Source: Lama guanicoe (taxonomy: Eukaryota). Taken from it: DNA of 64,000 nt. Numbering within the stretch: the stretch's first letter is position 1; every line of letters begins with the position of its first letter. Location of the stretch: contig MU054187.1 of the NCBI GenBank assembly GCA_013239625.1, forward strand, positions 3,421,757 to 3,485,756, written 5' to 3'. Shown here in pieces: positions 39,121-51,530 of this stretch. A program made the position numbers and the translations under genes. The notes under the pieces were generated by a model. The model was not told the DNA's origin, did not search any database, and saw only the letters and a list, made by a program, of their open reading frames with translations.

Positions 39121-40748
39121 TTTTTTAAAAAAACAATGCATGGCGTGTGCCCAGCTTAGCACATCATGGAAATGAAGCCAATGTGAGGTGGGAGAAGGAC
39201 CACAAGCCCTGAAGTCAAAGAGCCCGTGTCCCGCCTGGAAACAGCGATTTACTAGTAGGGTATCAGACAGGGGGCTTCTCTTTTCTGCCCCTGCATCTCC
39301 TTACAGTGAGATGTAGCAAACATCAGCCTGCGAAGAGCCCTGGGGCCCCCGGGCCATTGGCAGCTGCTAGTAAATTCCTTTCTCCATCTTTCTAGGGAAA
39401 GAATCTCTCTGATTCTTTACTGTGACATTAAAATGAAAAATAGCAAAATTTGACAGATTCTTATTGGAGAGAGAAAATAAGCAGTGTTACCACCACAGAC
39501 ATGATTTCAGCCGACAGGAAGAGTGGCGGTGCTCCCCACGGCTGGTCGTCGCTCCACACATATGAAGCATGTATTAAAAATAGGAGCGTCTAAGAGGTGT
39601 CCTGCACAATATTGTAAAATGATTATAAATCAATAAAAAAAAGTTTTTAAAAAAAGGAAGAGAAAAAATAAACTTTTTTCCTAATTGGAAAAAAAAAATA
39701 CAGGTGTCCTGCAGCCCATGCAGGACAGTCACGCACAGAAAGGGTCGACAACACGACAGCGCTCATGTCCACTTTATATTAATCCTACAGCAGCTTATTA
39801 ACCAATTCAACACCATGTATGCCGGCCGGACCACTGTTTCCTGATCAGAGCAATGCAAGTCGTGAAAGGAGGATAAATTGACGGAACAGCCAGAAACAGA
39901 ATCCAGTTTCAGAAAGTATATTGCATCTTTTTTTTTTTAATGAAAAAGACACAGTGGGGCAACTCAGAGTTCAGAGAGGGCCTGGTTACAGTCCTGTGAC
40001 AGAGGAAGGGCTCACAGTGGATGCAGTGGGGGCCTGGGGGAGTTTGTGCTAGATTCATATAGCTTAATTAGTTCTCGATCATTTCCTGAGCCCAACCCCA
40101 ACACACACATTTTTTTGAGCCCTTTCTTCTCCAGGTTGAAACCCAGATGCCGCCAAAGGAATAAGTAAAAATTGACAATGACCTTTCATGACCATTCTCA
40201 CTCCACCCAAGTATGCTTTATTCAGCCGCATCATCAGTGGCCTCTCAACTTCCAGGTTCAGATGACCAAATAGCCACACGTGAAGGGGCTTGAGAAGATT
40301 TGGTGCTGGTTTTCCAGCCACTGTAAGCTTTTTTTTCTTTCTGTTTAACAGAAGCATCTAGTTGGACTGGCTTATGAAAGCGCATAGTAGTTGGTGAAGA
40401 TTTAAGCTCCTTAACACCAGCGATCTTCTTACCGCTCCTTTACGGAGACGCCCTCGGAATAGTTTTCCCGATTGAACCGAAAGCTGCTTCTGATTGGCCT
40501 TAACAGAAATGCTGCTTCATGCTGCTCAGCTGACTGCTCCGGGTCACAGTGAACTATTTTCTTGGGTTAAATGTCCTGAACTGGCCATGAAAGTCCTTGC
40601 AGTAAGTCTCACTGTCAGAAGCATAGAACCTGAAACATGGAAGTTACTAGAGATGACAGGCAGATAAGTTTAAAAACAAGGACTCAAACTGAGATTCTTT
40701 AATTTCGAGATAATGTTACATCTATCAAAGAAAGTTTGTGTTTCTTTT

Positions 40749-40861
40749 GGGGGGGGCGGTAATTAGGTTTATTTATTTATATTTGGAGGCGATACTGGGG
40801 ATTGAACCCAGGACCTTGTGCATGCTAAGCATGTGCTCTATCACTGAGCTATACCCTCCCC
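40749..40861 (-). mobile_element. Vic-1-like SINE
   Basis: ggtaattaggtttatttattt...ggggattgaacccaggacc...ctgagctataccctcccc. Confidence 0.88.
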
Positions 40862-40945
40862 TCTAAAGAAAGGTTATTTTTATTGCCAGCTGACATCCCA
40901 GAGAAATTCAGCTTTATGGATGCATAAAAGCATAACATTTTTTGT

Positions 40946-41062
40946 GGGGGAGGGCATAGCTCAGTGGTAGAGTGAGTGCTTAGTACACACAAGGTCCAGG
41001 GTTCAATCCCCAGTCCCTCTATGAAAATAAATAAATAAACCTAATGACCTCCCTCCCTCCAA
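40946..41062 (+). mobile_element. Vic-1-like SINE with a 16-bp target-site duplication
   Basis: Full body; TSD AAAAGCATAACATTTT at 40926-40941 and 41063-41078. Confidence 0.9.
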
Positions 41063-41845
41063 AAAAGCATAACATTTTATGGACGGATAGATGGGTGAAG
41101 GCGGGTCATCACATGAGAAGGCATGGAGACCAGTGGGATGCAGCCTGCTTCTGGCGGAGAAGACCGGAGGGGACCCCATTCTCCACTCACTAGTCACGTG
41201 ACCGTGAGCCAGTCTCCTCATTTCACTGTGTCCAACTTTCCTCCTGTGTAGAATGTAGGTCTGAGGAGCCCCGACAGTGTGCTTTTAGGGCTAAATGATG
41301 TACACAAATACGTACCTTGAACGAGGTCTAGCACTCTGCCCCACTGTTGAGAAGCAGGAAGGGACACCACACCTACGCTCTCTGCCCCTCAAAGACTCGC
41401 AAGATGGAATGAAGTGATGCATTCCACGATCTTTGTTAACGTTGCTACTGTATTTCCTTTACCACGACATTGTCACAGCTACCATCTTACCCCTCATCTC
41501 TTTCCAGCTCAAGCAGCCCAGCCACTTAGACAAAATCCATCTGTGTGGTCCCAGCCACCTTCCAGCAAACACAGAGACCAGGGTAAGGAGGAGTGGGTGT
41601 TTAAACTAAGAAAGAGGCTGCGTTTCTGTGGGCCTGACTCCATCTTTACCCATTCAAGTTTACTTTTTCACTCACTAAGCTCCGTGAGAGGTTAGGTAGT
41701 AACTCCATCTGATCTTCAGTCTTTCATTTTATCAAGTTTCTGTTTGTTTTTCGTTTGTTGTTTGTTTCCTCTCCTGTGGACTGTAATGAAAGACTAGCCT
41801 GTATTTGCAATAAAGACAGAGTGAGAATTAAGGATAATACTTTTA

Positions 41846-41928
41846 TACTACGTTGAACTGTTAAAATTGCCAATAGTCAACCAGTTTTGACCTGTGAAAA
41901 TGGCAATTTCATATGATTAAACCTAACA
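41846..41928. mobile_element. MADE2-like mariner-derived palindromic MITE
   Basis: About 80-bp imperfect palindrome: gttgaactgttaaaattgcca...tggcaatttcatatgattaaacctaa. Confidence 0.75.
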
Positions 41929-42149
41929 CTTTCTTTGAGAGCAGTGGTTACGGGAATAATGGAAAGATTCTCTCGTGAGACACACTTGGCCGTGAGGTGG
42001 TTTCCTAGCACGCACCTGCGCGCAGCTCAGAGCAAGCTGCCCAGGCAACCTGCTGGCGGTGCAACTAAGCGCAGGGCCTGGGGCGGCACTGCGTGGGGCG
42101 GCGGAGGCTGCTGGCTGAGGTTAGAGGAGGTAGCTGGCAGGAAACTATA

Positions 42150-42272
42150 CCGAAAAAGAATAAGAGAAAGAATATATATACATGCACGTATAACTGGATC
42201 ACTATGCGTACACCAGAAACTAACACAACATCGTAAATCAACTAAACTTTAATTAAGAAAAAAAAAAAAAAG
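42150..42272 (+). mobile_element. L1 3' tail
   Basis: gtataactggatcactatgcgtacaccagaaactaacacaacatcgtaaatcaac followed by poly(A). Confidence 0.75.
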
Positions 42273-42852
42273 AAGATGAAGATGGAGCTGGTGGTGCCTG
42301 CCCCGCGCTGGATGAGCTGCATCCCTGGGCACATCACTGAGGCTCTGAACCTCAGGTCCTCACCCCACAGAAGCAGCCAGGAGGGCCTGGCTCTGCCCGG
42401 TCCTTGGGGTCCAGCAGGAAGAGCCGGCCCCGTTCCCCATGTGGTCAAGGCTCTGCCCCTGCCATGCCTGCCCCTCCAGAGAGGAGTCTGTGCGTTCGAG
42501 ACCGCCTAGAGCCCACGCCCCCTCCAGACTGTGCTCCAAGCACCACGGAGACCCTGCCCACTGTCCCTGGGCAGACCAGATGTTCAGGTCTCCTCTCCTG
42601 GGGAAGGCAGCTCGGCAGCAGGCACCCCTGGGCTGAAGGGTGGCCAGCTGGCAGCTGTCTGTGGGGATGCAGCTGGCATTTGTTTGTGCAGGTTAGGACG
42701 GCCGCCTTCCTACAGGCAAGGCTGCTCGGATGGAGAGGTAGGGGCAGGGGGAGCAGCAGCAGAGCACAGGCAGGGGCCTTCAGCCAGCCCTCCTGGTGTT
42801 GCTCCACTCCGATGTGCAACTCAAAGAGCTGAGAATTCTGACTTCCCAGGTT

Positions 42853-43246
42853 AGTTATGGTTAGTTTTGTGTCTCAATTTGGCTAGGCCATGGTACCCAG
42901 ATATCTGTTCAAACACCAATGCAGATATTGCTGTAAAAGTATATTTTTAGCTGAGATTAGCATTTAAATCAGTAGACTTTGAGTAAAACATATTCCCCTC
43001 CATAAGGTGGGTGGGCCACATCCAATCAGTTGAAGGCCTTAACTGCAAAGACTGAGGTTCCCTGGATAAGGAGGAATTCTGCCAGCACACTGCCTTTGGA
43101 CTTCAGCTGCAACCACAACCCTTCCCAGGGTCTCCAGCCTGCTGGCCTGCCCTGCAGATTTTGGACTTGTCAACCTCTAGAGTCACCGGGCCAATTCCTT
43201 GAAATCAATCTCTCTCCTGTTTCTCTGGAGAACGCTGACAATTACA
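42853..43246 (+). mobile_element. ERVL solo LTR (MLT2-like)
   Basis: atggttagttttgtgtctcaatttggctaggcca...catccaatcagttgaaggcctt...ctgtttctctggagaacgctgac. Confidence 0.8.
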
Positions 43247-43772
43247 AAGGCTGGTTTTCCAAGAGAGGAGGACACAGCGTGTTTTATTGAACTGTCATTG
43301 GTTTCTGCAGACTAGATACAATAGGCATATATTGTTTGGGCCTCTGTACTCTCACCACTGGTCCCACAAACTCGAGGGCTGAGCGTGAATGTGTCTGCAC
43401 CTCCCACTTCGTTGGGGACAGGTCCTCAGTGTGGTGCTACAGTGTAGCTAGTACCACACTTGGTGCTTTTTGCTATAGGATGGTCAGGTCTCGACGTTGA
43501 AGCCATGGAGGGGTCAGCGACGGAAGGAGACAGGGAGAGGCAGCGGAAGGTCCACAGTCTTGTTCAGCCAGACCGAGAGTCAAACCCTAACTCTATCACT
43601 CACCAGCGGTTAGCGATCTGTATGCTCCTGGAGAACTCCCTAACCCCGCAGTGACTCGGTCTCCTTGGGTGTAAGACAGAGCCAGTAGCGTGTGCGTCAG
43701 TCATCAAGGTGAGGCTCACATCCATGGTGTGTGTGAGTCCCCGGCTCCCGGGCCGACTGGGGACGCGAGCGC

Positions 43773-44213
43773 TGCATTAGTTTATGATGGCTGCTGTAAC
43801 AAAGTGCTACAGCTCATGTAAACCTGTTGTCACTTAGTCCTGGCGGCCAGGAGTCCAAGATCAGGGAGATGAGGACTCTGGTTCCTTCTGAGGCTGTGAG
43901 GAAGAACCTGCAGCCAGCCTCTGTGCCAGCATCTGGTGGTTTCCTAGCCACACCTGGTGCTCCCTGGCCGGTAGGTGCATCGCCGTGACCTCGGTCTCCG
44001 TCTTTATCTGCATTCTGTGTGTGTGCAGGCATGTCTATCCCTGTTCAAATTTTCCTCTTTAATAAGGACAGAGTCCCGTGGAGTTGCGCCCACCCTAATG
44101 GCCTCTCTGGACTTGATAACCTGCACCGACCCTGTTTCCAAATCAGGTCGCCTTCATAGGGATGGAGATCGGGACTTTAATATCTTTGGGAGGAACACAA
44201 TTCAACCCAAAAC
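43773..44213 (-). mobile_element. MaLR solo LTR (MLT1B/C-like)
   Basis: tgcattagttt...gctgctgtaacaaa...ggttccttctgaggctgtgagg...acacaattcaaccca. Confidence 0.75.
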
Positions 44214-45597
44214 GACTAACGGTGGGTGGTGGCAGGTTCATCGGACACTCACTCTTCTTCATTTGGCAACCCCCCTGAGCCCCTGAGGGGTGCACCGTGC
44301 TTAGTGCTTAGAGTAACAGCCACCAGCAAAAACAGAGCAGGAGAGGCAGCCTGGATGCTCCTTCAGGTCACCATCCCGTGCAGCAGCGCCACGTCGGTAA
44401 ATAACAGCACTAGAATAAAGGTGTAAAGTGTCCACGAGAACCAGAGGTGACTTTCCGTGGGATTTCAAGGGAGGACGAGAGGCAATGGCTCTAAAGAAGC
44501 TTCTTTGCTGACGTGGCACCTGACCTGGCCCCCAGAGGGTGGGTAGGAGCTGGCCGTGGGAAGATGCGGGGGAAGGGGAACGTGTGAACACAAAGGCCTA
44601 AGCCACAGAGAAACACCCTGCGTATCCTCTGTCCTCAAAGCCTTTGCTGCGTTTCTCTTCCTCCTTCTTCCTTTCCCTCCCCGCCCCCACCGCCTCAGGC
44701 CAGCACTACCCTCTGCAGAGATCAGGAAAACCGGTCACTTTACCGCCCCCACAGCGCCTGTGTGAGCCCCACATGACCTGCTCTGCAGAAGAGCAGAGTC
44801 AGATTAAGTGCAGCTTACCCAGGGAGCCGCAGAAGAGCCTCTTCTGACATCCTTGGGTCACGGAGCTGAACAGTTCAGATCCAAAGTCACATTCAGTCCA
44901 TCAGAACTCTCCTGCTGGTCAGTAAGGTAAATACACGCAGCCTTAAATTCTAACTTTACTAACGTGGCTTTCTTCCTCTTGTAACTGGGAATCTGAAGAA
45001 TTCCCTAAGGAAGAGCCAGACGCCCGATCTCCGGGCAGGTTGTGTTTTTAGGGCAGAGGTACTCTTAGCGCTTAACAAAAACTAATCCAAACAAACAGGA
45101 CTTCCGAGGAACAGACGTATGTAAACTATTTAGAGCGACAAAAAGGCACACCCGGAGCTGGAGGAAAGCAGAAACCCAGCCCGGAGGGAACCTTTAGAGG
45201 GTGGCTGCGACCTCACTGAGAGGCCTGGAGGAGCCCCCTGCCCTTCCCGGCTTGCCTGGAGGTAGGGGAGGGGCAGGGAGGGGCCTCCGAGGCAGCCGCA
45301 GGGCCCTCACCCAGCCGTGCACCCAGCCCTGCACGGGGCACCAGGCAGCTCCCGCCTGTCCGTCTGACCTGCTCCGCGAAGGTGAGCCAGTGGGGCCCGG
45401 ACGGAAGCTCAGCGACGCCCCTTCGCACGCAGCTGGAATCCTGGAGTCTGGTGAAATGCTTGTCTGACAGCAATGGCGGCCACGTGTGCAGACGCGTAAT
45501 CACCAAACCGTGTTGAGATCTGGGGGTTCCTGTTGAGGCCGCCAACCAAGGCCAGCAGCAGACGCTGAATTCGTTTGAATCCGAATTCAGTCAACGG

Positions 45598-46610
45598 CAG
45601 TGTATCTGCAAATCCCAAACTCCCAATTAATCCTTCTCCACCCCCTTCCCCGCTCTCCCAACCAGTAACCATAGGTTTGTTTTCTGTGTCTCTGAGTCTG
45701 TCTGTTCTGTAAAATAGACAAACAAGTTCCTACTGTATGGCCCGGGGAACTATATTCAGTAACTCGTAATCGCCTATAATGGAAAAGAATATGAAAAAGA
45801 CTATATACAACTGAATCACTATGCTGTACACCAAAAATTAACACAACATTGTTGCTTCCATGCCTTGGCTATTGTAAATAGTGCTGCTGTGAACATTGGG
45901 GTCCTGTATTTTTCGTATTGGAGTTTTCTCTAGATATACGCCCAGGCGTGGATTACTGGATCATACGGTAAGTCTATTTTTAGTTTTTTAAGAACTCTTC
46001 ATATTGTTTTCCGTAATGGCTGCATTGCTACATTCCCACCAACAGAGTAAGACGGTTCCCTTTTCTCCATGCCCTCTCCAACACTTATCGTTTGTGAACT
46101 TTTTGTTTTTTGGGGGGAGGTAATTCGGTTTATTTATTTACTTTTTTTTTTTTGATGGAGGTCCTGGAGGACCCCATGCATGCTAAGCATACACTCTACC
46201 ACTGAGCTATACCCTCCCCCACGCCTTTGTGGACTTTTTGATGATGGCCAGCCTGACCGGTGTGAGGTCATACCTCACTGTGGCTTTTATTTGCATTTCT
46301 CCGATAATTATCGATACTGAGCATCTTTTCCTGTGACTGTTGGCCACCTTAGGTCTTCATTGGAGAAATGTGTGTTTAGGTCTTCTGCCCATTTTTGATT
46401 GGGTTGTTCATTTTTTTGTTGTTGTTATTGAGTTGTAGGAGCTGTTTGTATATTCTGGAAGGTAAGCCCCTGTCGGTTGCATTGTTTGCAAATATTTTCT
46501 CCCATTCCTTAGGTTGTCTTTTTATTTTTTTACGATTTCCTCTGCTATATAAAAGCTTATAAATTTAATTAGTTTCCATCTGTTTACTTTTGCTTTTATT
46601 TCTAGCGCCC
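45598..46610. mobile_element. Rearranged L1 cluster (minus / plus / minus segments) interrupted by a SINE
   Basis: 45598-45711 is a 3' UTR segment on minus, 45712-45852 a tail segment on plus, and 45853-46610 the ORF2 end on minus, judged against the intact copy at 34578-35290. Confidence 0.8.
46106..46225 (-). mobile_element. Vic-1-like SINE inserted inside an L1
   Basis: SINE body flanked by near-identical TTTGTG(A/G)ACTTTTTG at 46091-46105 and 46226-46240. Confidence 0.85.
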
Positions 46611-48209
46611 CTTTGTTAACTGACTCATTTGTTGCTGTGATCATTACCAGTGATCAGTGGAGCTGCATCCTCCAGAAGGAATTAAGCTGCACAGCCAGCT
46701 CTCAAGACCAGTGTCTTCATGATGCACCCCTGGACTCCCAGAGCAGCAGGCCGTTTGCCCCTCTGGGAGGGGTCTCTTTCTGCAGCCCTTTCCCACCCAA
46801 CACCTCCCTCAGGCTCCAACCCCACTGCCTGGAGAGCACTGACTTACTCCCCCCAAAGCCCACCTCCCTTCATGATGTCCTGGGTACCATGTGACCCTTC
46901 TCACCCTGTCTCCATCCAAACTGCCCGAGTCTTAATGCCAATAGAACTTAAGAAAGCTCCCTGATTAAACTACATCATGAAACTGCTCTGAAAATTAAAT
47001 GGTTTTATGCCCTGCTGTTTTATCTTGCCTCGTGTTTTTCCAAGTTCTTCCTACCTCCTTTGACTGATGCGACCAATTCCAGAAAGTTCTTTTTGTTCAA
47101 AAGTCATAAGACACAGCCTTTGGCAACCACCACAGTTATAATCGACCTAGGCAAGAACGGTCAGTGGACACTCATGCCGGTGGGTAAGAGTTTGATGGAG
47201 GACAGGAAATTTACAGGAGAGACAGACGGAGCACAAAGACGGTTACATGTGGACAGCTGAAGAATTTGGCTGAAGGCTATCTGGAGAGTCTTTGTGCTAT
47301 TTTGAAAACTTTTTGCTGAGTCTGAAATTATGAAAAGCTAAATACATGGGTTCCTAGGTGCCATTGGAGCCCCCAGAAAACAGGTTTGGCACCTCTAGTA
47401 ATGAGAACTGGGGACAGGGCAGATACAGGGTCCCGAGACCACCTCTGTTTGAGGGCTGGGCCTCCTCGCTGAAGGTCGGGCGGCAGGAGATGTGGCCTGG
47501 GGCCTCCTCCCTCAGAGAGGAAACCGAAATGAGGTCAGAAGCAATCCTCTCCGCTGGACCCCAGGAGCCCCCAGTGGGACCACAGGGCACAATTTCTTAC
47601 GCATCGTTTACGACTTTGGTCTCGTTGCCATGTAGAACCACCTCGTGTCTCCCTGAGGAGATTAACTTTGTACGTTTGACCAGAGTTCAATCCCAGTTAA
47701 GTTACTGGTGTTACGACTATTTCCGTTTAGCTTGGTTTTAATACTTTCTTGCTCAGGGAGCTCAGGCGTTCCTTCATAAACGTAAAGGAATTGAGGACGA
47801 CTCGGCCTGGATGTCACCGTTTGCTCCTGGGCTCTGTGCTGTGTCTGTGGGGTTTCAGGCGGAGAAGTCTGAGCTTCTTGTCGTCTAAGGGCTGGAGCTG
47901 TGCTTTCACGTCAGGGGTTTGATTCCAGCGCCCACCACCTCAGCAAGGGGAATCTGGAAACGCCCTGGTGTGACACCAGACAAGGGGGTGAACGAACGCA
48001 CCTCAGCCTGAAGTTCAAGGAGAACGCGGAAGGCACATTTACATCATTTTTATAATTCCCTCACTTCAAATAACTTGTTTGATTCATCGGTCCCAAGTGC
48101 GTCAGATGAAGGCCTTCTACTGTCTTCTACTGCAAACGCTGGCAATGAGTAGAAGCCCCTGTCTGGCAGATTTGCCCCAAATTCTCCCAGGTTTGGTTGG
48201 GGCTGTTTC

Positions 48210-48372
48210 CCAGTGGCCCCTAATCTTGGCTATTCACTAGAATGACCTGGGGAGCTTTGGAATCTCTGATGGTTGGAGTCCCCCCACATCCTACCCTCCA
48301 GAGGTCGGTTTAAAGGTCTGGGAAGGGCCGGGACAAGGGACCCTCAGGTGCCGGCAGGTGAGAACTCTGCAT
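48210..48372. mobile_element. MER5A-like hAT remnant
   Basis: cagtgg...cttggct...agaatgacctggggagcttt...gagaactctg. Confidence 0.5.
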
Positions 48373-51194
48373 TATTTGCTCAGGTCTGTGGCCATGTTTG
48401 CAAGGGTCAGATGGAGAGTCTCAGCCTTGACTCTTTTCCTCCCCCTAAAGCCAACCAGGGGGCTTCTGCAGACAACCCGTGAGAGTCCTTGAGCTGAGCT
48501 GAGGAGTCTGACCCCCTGGAGGGTGGCTCCCAGAGGAGTGGGAGGGCACTGGGGACAGTCCACACTGTGGCAGTGGGTGAGCTGCACTCCAGCTGGTGAG
48601 GTGGGCGGGTGGAAGTGACACTGTATGCAGAGATGACCAATCTCAGCCGTGAGGGCCACGATCAGGCAGATGAAGCTGAAGGTCCGTGTGGGAGGAGAAC
48701 CTCCTTGCAGTCAGGCCTTTCCTCTTGCTCTCACTGGATGATGGGCTGTTTCTACAGTCAATTCTCATTAATCACAGGAGTCCTGGTCTCGACAGTCACC
48801 ATATACAATTGAGTCAGTGAATACTGAGCCACTGTGGCCAGGAGGACTTTGGAGTAAGGTGGCTGCGTGCCTTTGGCCACCATATTTCCATCGATTGAAA
48901 GAGAACCTTGTTTTGTGTGCTTTTCTGTTTGGACACGTGTCTCCTCTGTAAGGCACATCCAGCCTTGTTGTCTTAGGGCGCCAGACAGCACTATGCTCGG
49001 GGTCATTTTAAATGGTGAAATCACCCACAAAAATGCAAATACATGGCACTAAACAGATCGCACAAGGGCTCATGTTTGTAGAACGAGCTGAAACTAGAAG
49101 GCGGAGAGGCGCTTTGCTGGCCTCAGCCGGGGACAGGTGCGTCCGGCGCCTCCAGCTTTCCCAGCCACGCTCACATCCACCGGTGACTGGGAAAGCGCTG
49201 TGAGCAGACTGATTCTGGGGTTACTAACAACTGTTAGTGAGCAGGTCAGGTGATTTGCACAGAATCTGAGAAAATGAGGCTCGTCTACACATAGTGAGGC
49301 CATTTCCACTATTTCTCCTCCTGTGGCGCCCTCAGTCACAGCCCTCCCCTCCGTCAGAAGCCCATTTACCCCGTCAACGGGGTCTTCGTTGACGTGCAGC
49401 CTGCCTCTGACCGTTCCATCCTGTGCTCAGTTCTCAGTAGAGAATACTGTCGAGACAACGCAGTCCATCGAACAATGAGCCAATCGAAGCTAATGAAGTA
49501 TTTCAGAGCACCTACGTGAACTGTGGAGAGTGACTGTAAGAAAGAGAGAAACACCAAAGCAATGCCTTCCCAAGAGGGGTCTGCTGTTCATCAGGAGTCA
49601 AGGAGAGCAAGTTAACATGTGAAACACAAGCAAACAATGCTTACAAGAGCCCGGTCTAGTGTGAGATGAATGACACACACTGTATGTGCTCTCGACGACT
49701 AGAGGGGAACTTGGTTAGGATGTTCGTGTGTGTGAGGAGTTAGAAGTGGGGGAGCTTGCTGTAAGCCCAGCTCTGCCTGGTGAGGCTTTGTTTCTTACTC
49801 CAAGAGCCACTTCACCAAAACAACACTGACAGGACCTTCCAGACAGCCTAGGCAACACCAGACATTTGGTGTCCCATGCTTACTTGCCAGATGCCTCAAG
49901 GCTCCGTTGGTAAATAGTATATATTTCCAATTAGGGTCAAGATATTTCAGAGCATATTCTGCAGGGAAGTCCAGAAAATGGCCCTCGGGCAGTGAGTAGC
50001 TCCTCAGGACCGTGACAGATTTCACTCACACACGCAACACCTTCCAACAGGTAACCCAACCCCTCCTCTCCAGCAGGAGACCAACCAGCCGCAGACCAGT
50101 GAGCATCTAGGTACAGACCTTCCGACTTGTCTGTTGTTAAGGAAGTAGTTTGCAAACCTTTGTCCTCTGTTACTAGTAACAAATGACTGCTCTATGGATC
50201 ATGATACAGGGTGGCTGACTTGTCCTCTGGACTGGGTGCAGCCTCGTAAGGGGGCCAGAATTGCTAAAAAAAGGTCATGGGTCTGACGAGCTTAGGGCTC
50301 GTCTGGCCCCCAGTAGACCCTAGGTAAATGTCTGCTATTACTTATTATAAACACTGAGTCCAAATCTCCTCCCTGGAGGGCTGTTTCCTTGTAAATTCTA
50401 GGCTGGAATCCCAGCGAGCGCAATCTTGCTTAGAACAGGCGGGCATCCAAGGTGCCTGAGACTGATACTCTGTCTTGGATTTATACGGGCATTTACTGAG
50501 TTGAAACATGAGCTCGAAGATGAAGTCATTCGTTCAGCAAACACTAGTCAGGGACCTTCTGTGTGCCAAGCTCTACAGACGGGGATACAGAGATGGCAGG
50601 AACCAAAGAGTAATGGCGACCATTACTGTGCGCTGGACAGTGCGAGCCCTGCCCAGACGGCAGTTCCTCCTCCCAGCAGCATCCTGTCCCCATTTTTCCG
50701 GGACGATACTTAAGTTTCGAGGGGCTGAGAAATTGCCAGGCCATATAACTCCACAGCGCCCCCGACCCCCACCCCGCCACCGCCTCTATCAATACCTTGA
50801 GCCTGTGTACACCCTTAAGGAGCTACTCTACTGGTGATCAAGAACTCCAGGAGACCCTGAGCCTCAGCTGGGCACAGCCCATCCTCTCTCTAGAGAACTC
50901 CAAGTGTTGGGGGGATCAAAGTGCGCCTCCTCTGCCGCCAGGGGCACCCCGCTTCCTAACACTCCAGGGAGTAGGTGGGAAGGGAAGGAAAGAAGACACG
51001 AGAGGTTTCGTCGCTGGGCCAGGACTCCAGGCGCCAGAAGATCTCCTGGAAGATTCCTGCGTCCGTCCCTGCAGGAGAATGCCGGGCCCCAGGCGGCTCC
51101 ACTCTCCCACGCTGCGCGCCGGGACGCAGGTTCTTTGCCTCCAAAGCTCCGCGCGACAGCCACACCGAAGACCCAAACCTTGGGCAGGGGCCAG

Positions 51195-51255
51195 GCGGTC
51201 ACTTCCCCGCCCTCCAGGAGGGGTATGCAAATCCGAGCACCAGGAAGTAGCTGGG
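51195..51255 (+). promoter_or_regulatory. LYN: LYN proximal promoter: PU.1/ETS - octamer - ETS module
   Basis: CACTTCCCC at 51200-51208, perfect octamer ATGCAAAT at 51225-51232 and CAGGAAGT at 51241-51248, just upstream of exon 1. No TATA box. Confidence 0.7.
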
Positions 51256-51274
51256 ACCTCTCGGCCGCGCTCGG

Positions 51275-51530
51275 CGACGGCCAGTTCCTCCGCCGCCGCT
51301 CCGGGCCGTCGCCGCTCGCTCCCGGCCGTGGCGCCTCCGGGCCGGACGCGCTGCAGCCTCCAGCCCGCGGCCGGCGGGGCGGCCGCGCCACCCCGGGCCC
51401 CGAGCCCGCACCCCGAGCCGCGTGCCCTCCGTCGCCGGCCCCACCGGGCCACCCCGTCGCGACCCCCGCTCTGACGCCCGGCCACCGTGGAGCGCCGCCG
51501 CCGCCGCCCCGCGACTTGCACCCGGAGCTG
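51275..51530 (+). other. LYN: LYN non-coding exon 1 (5' UTR); 5' end approximate
   Basis: GCCAGTTCCTC...CCGCTCGCTCCCGGCCGTGGCGCCTCCGGGCCGGACGCGCTGCAGCCTCCAGCCCGCGG...CACCGTGGAGC resembles the human LYN 5' UTR as I recall it. Strong donor CTG|GTGAGT at 51530/51531. Position fits TGS1-LYN synteny. No LYN coding exon lies in the window. Confidence 0.85.
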
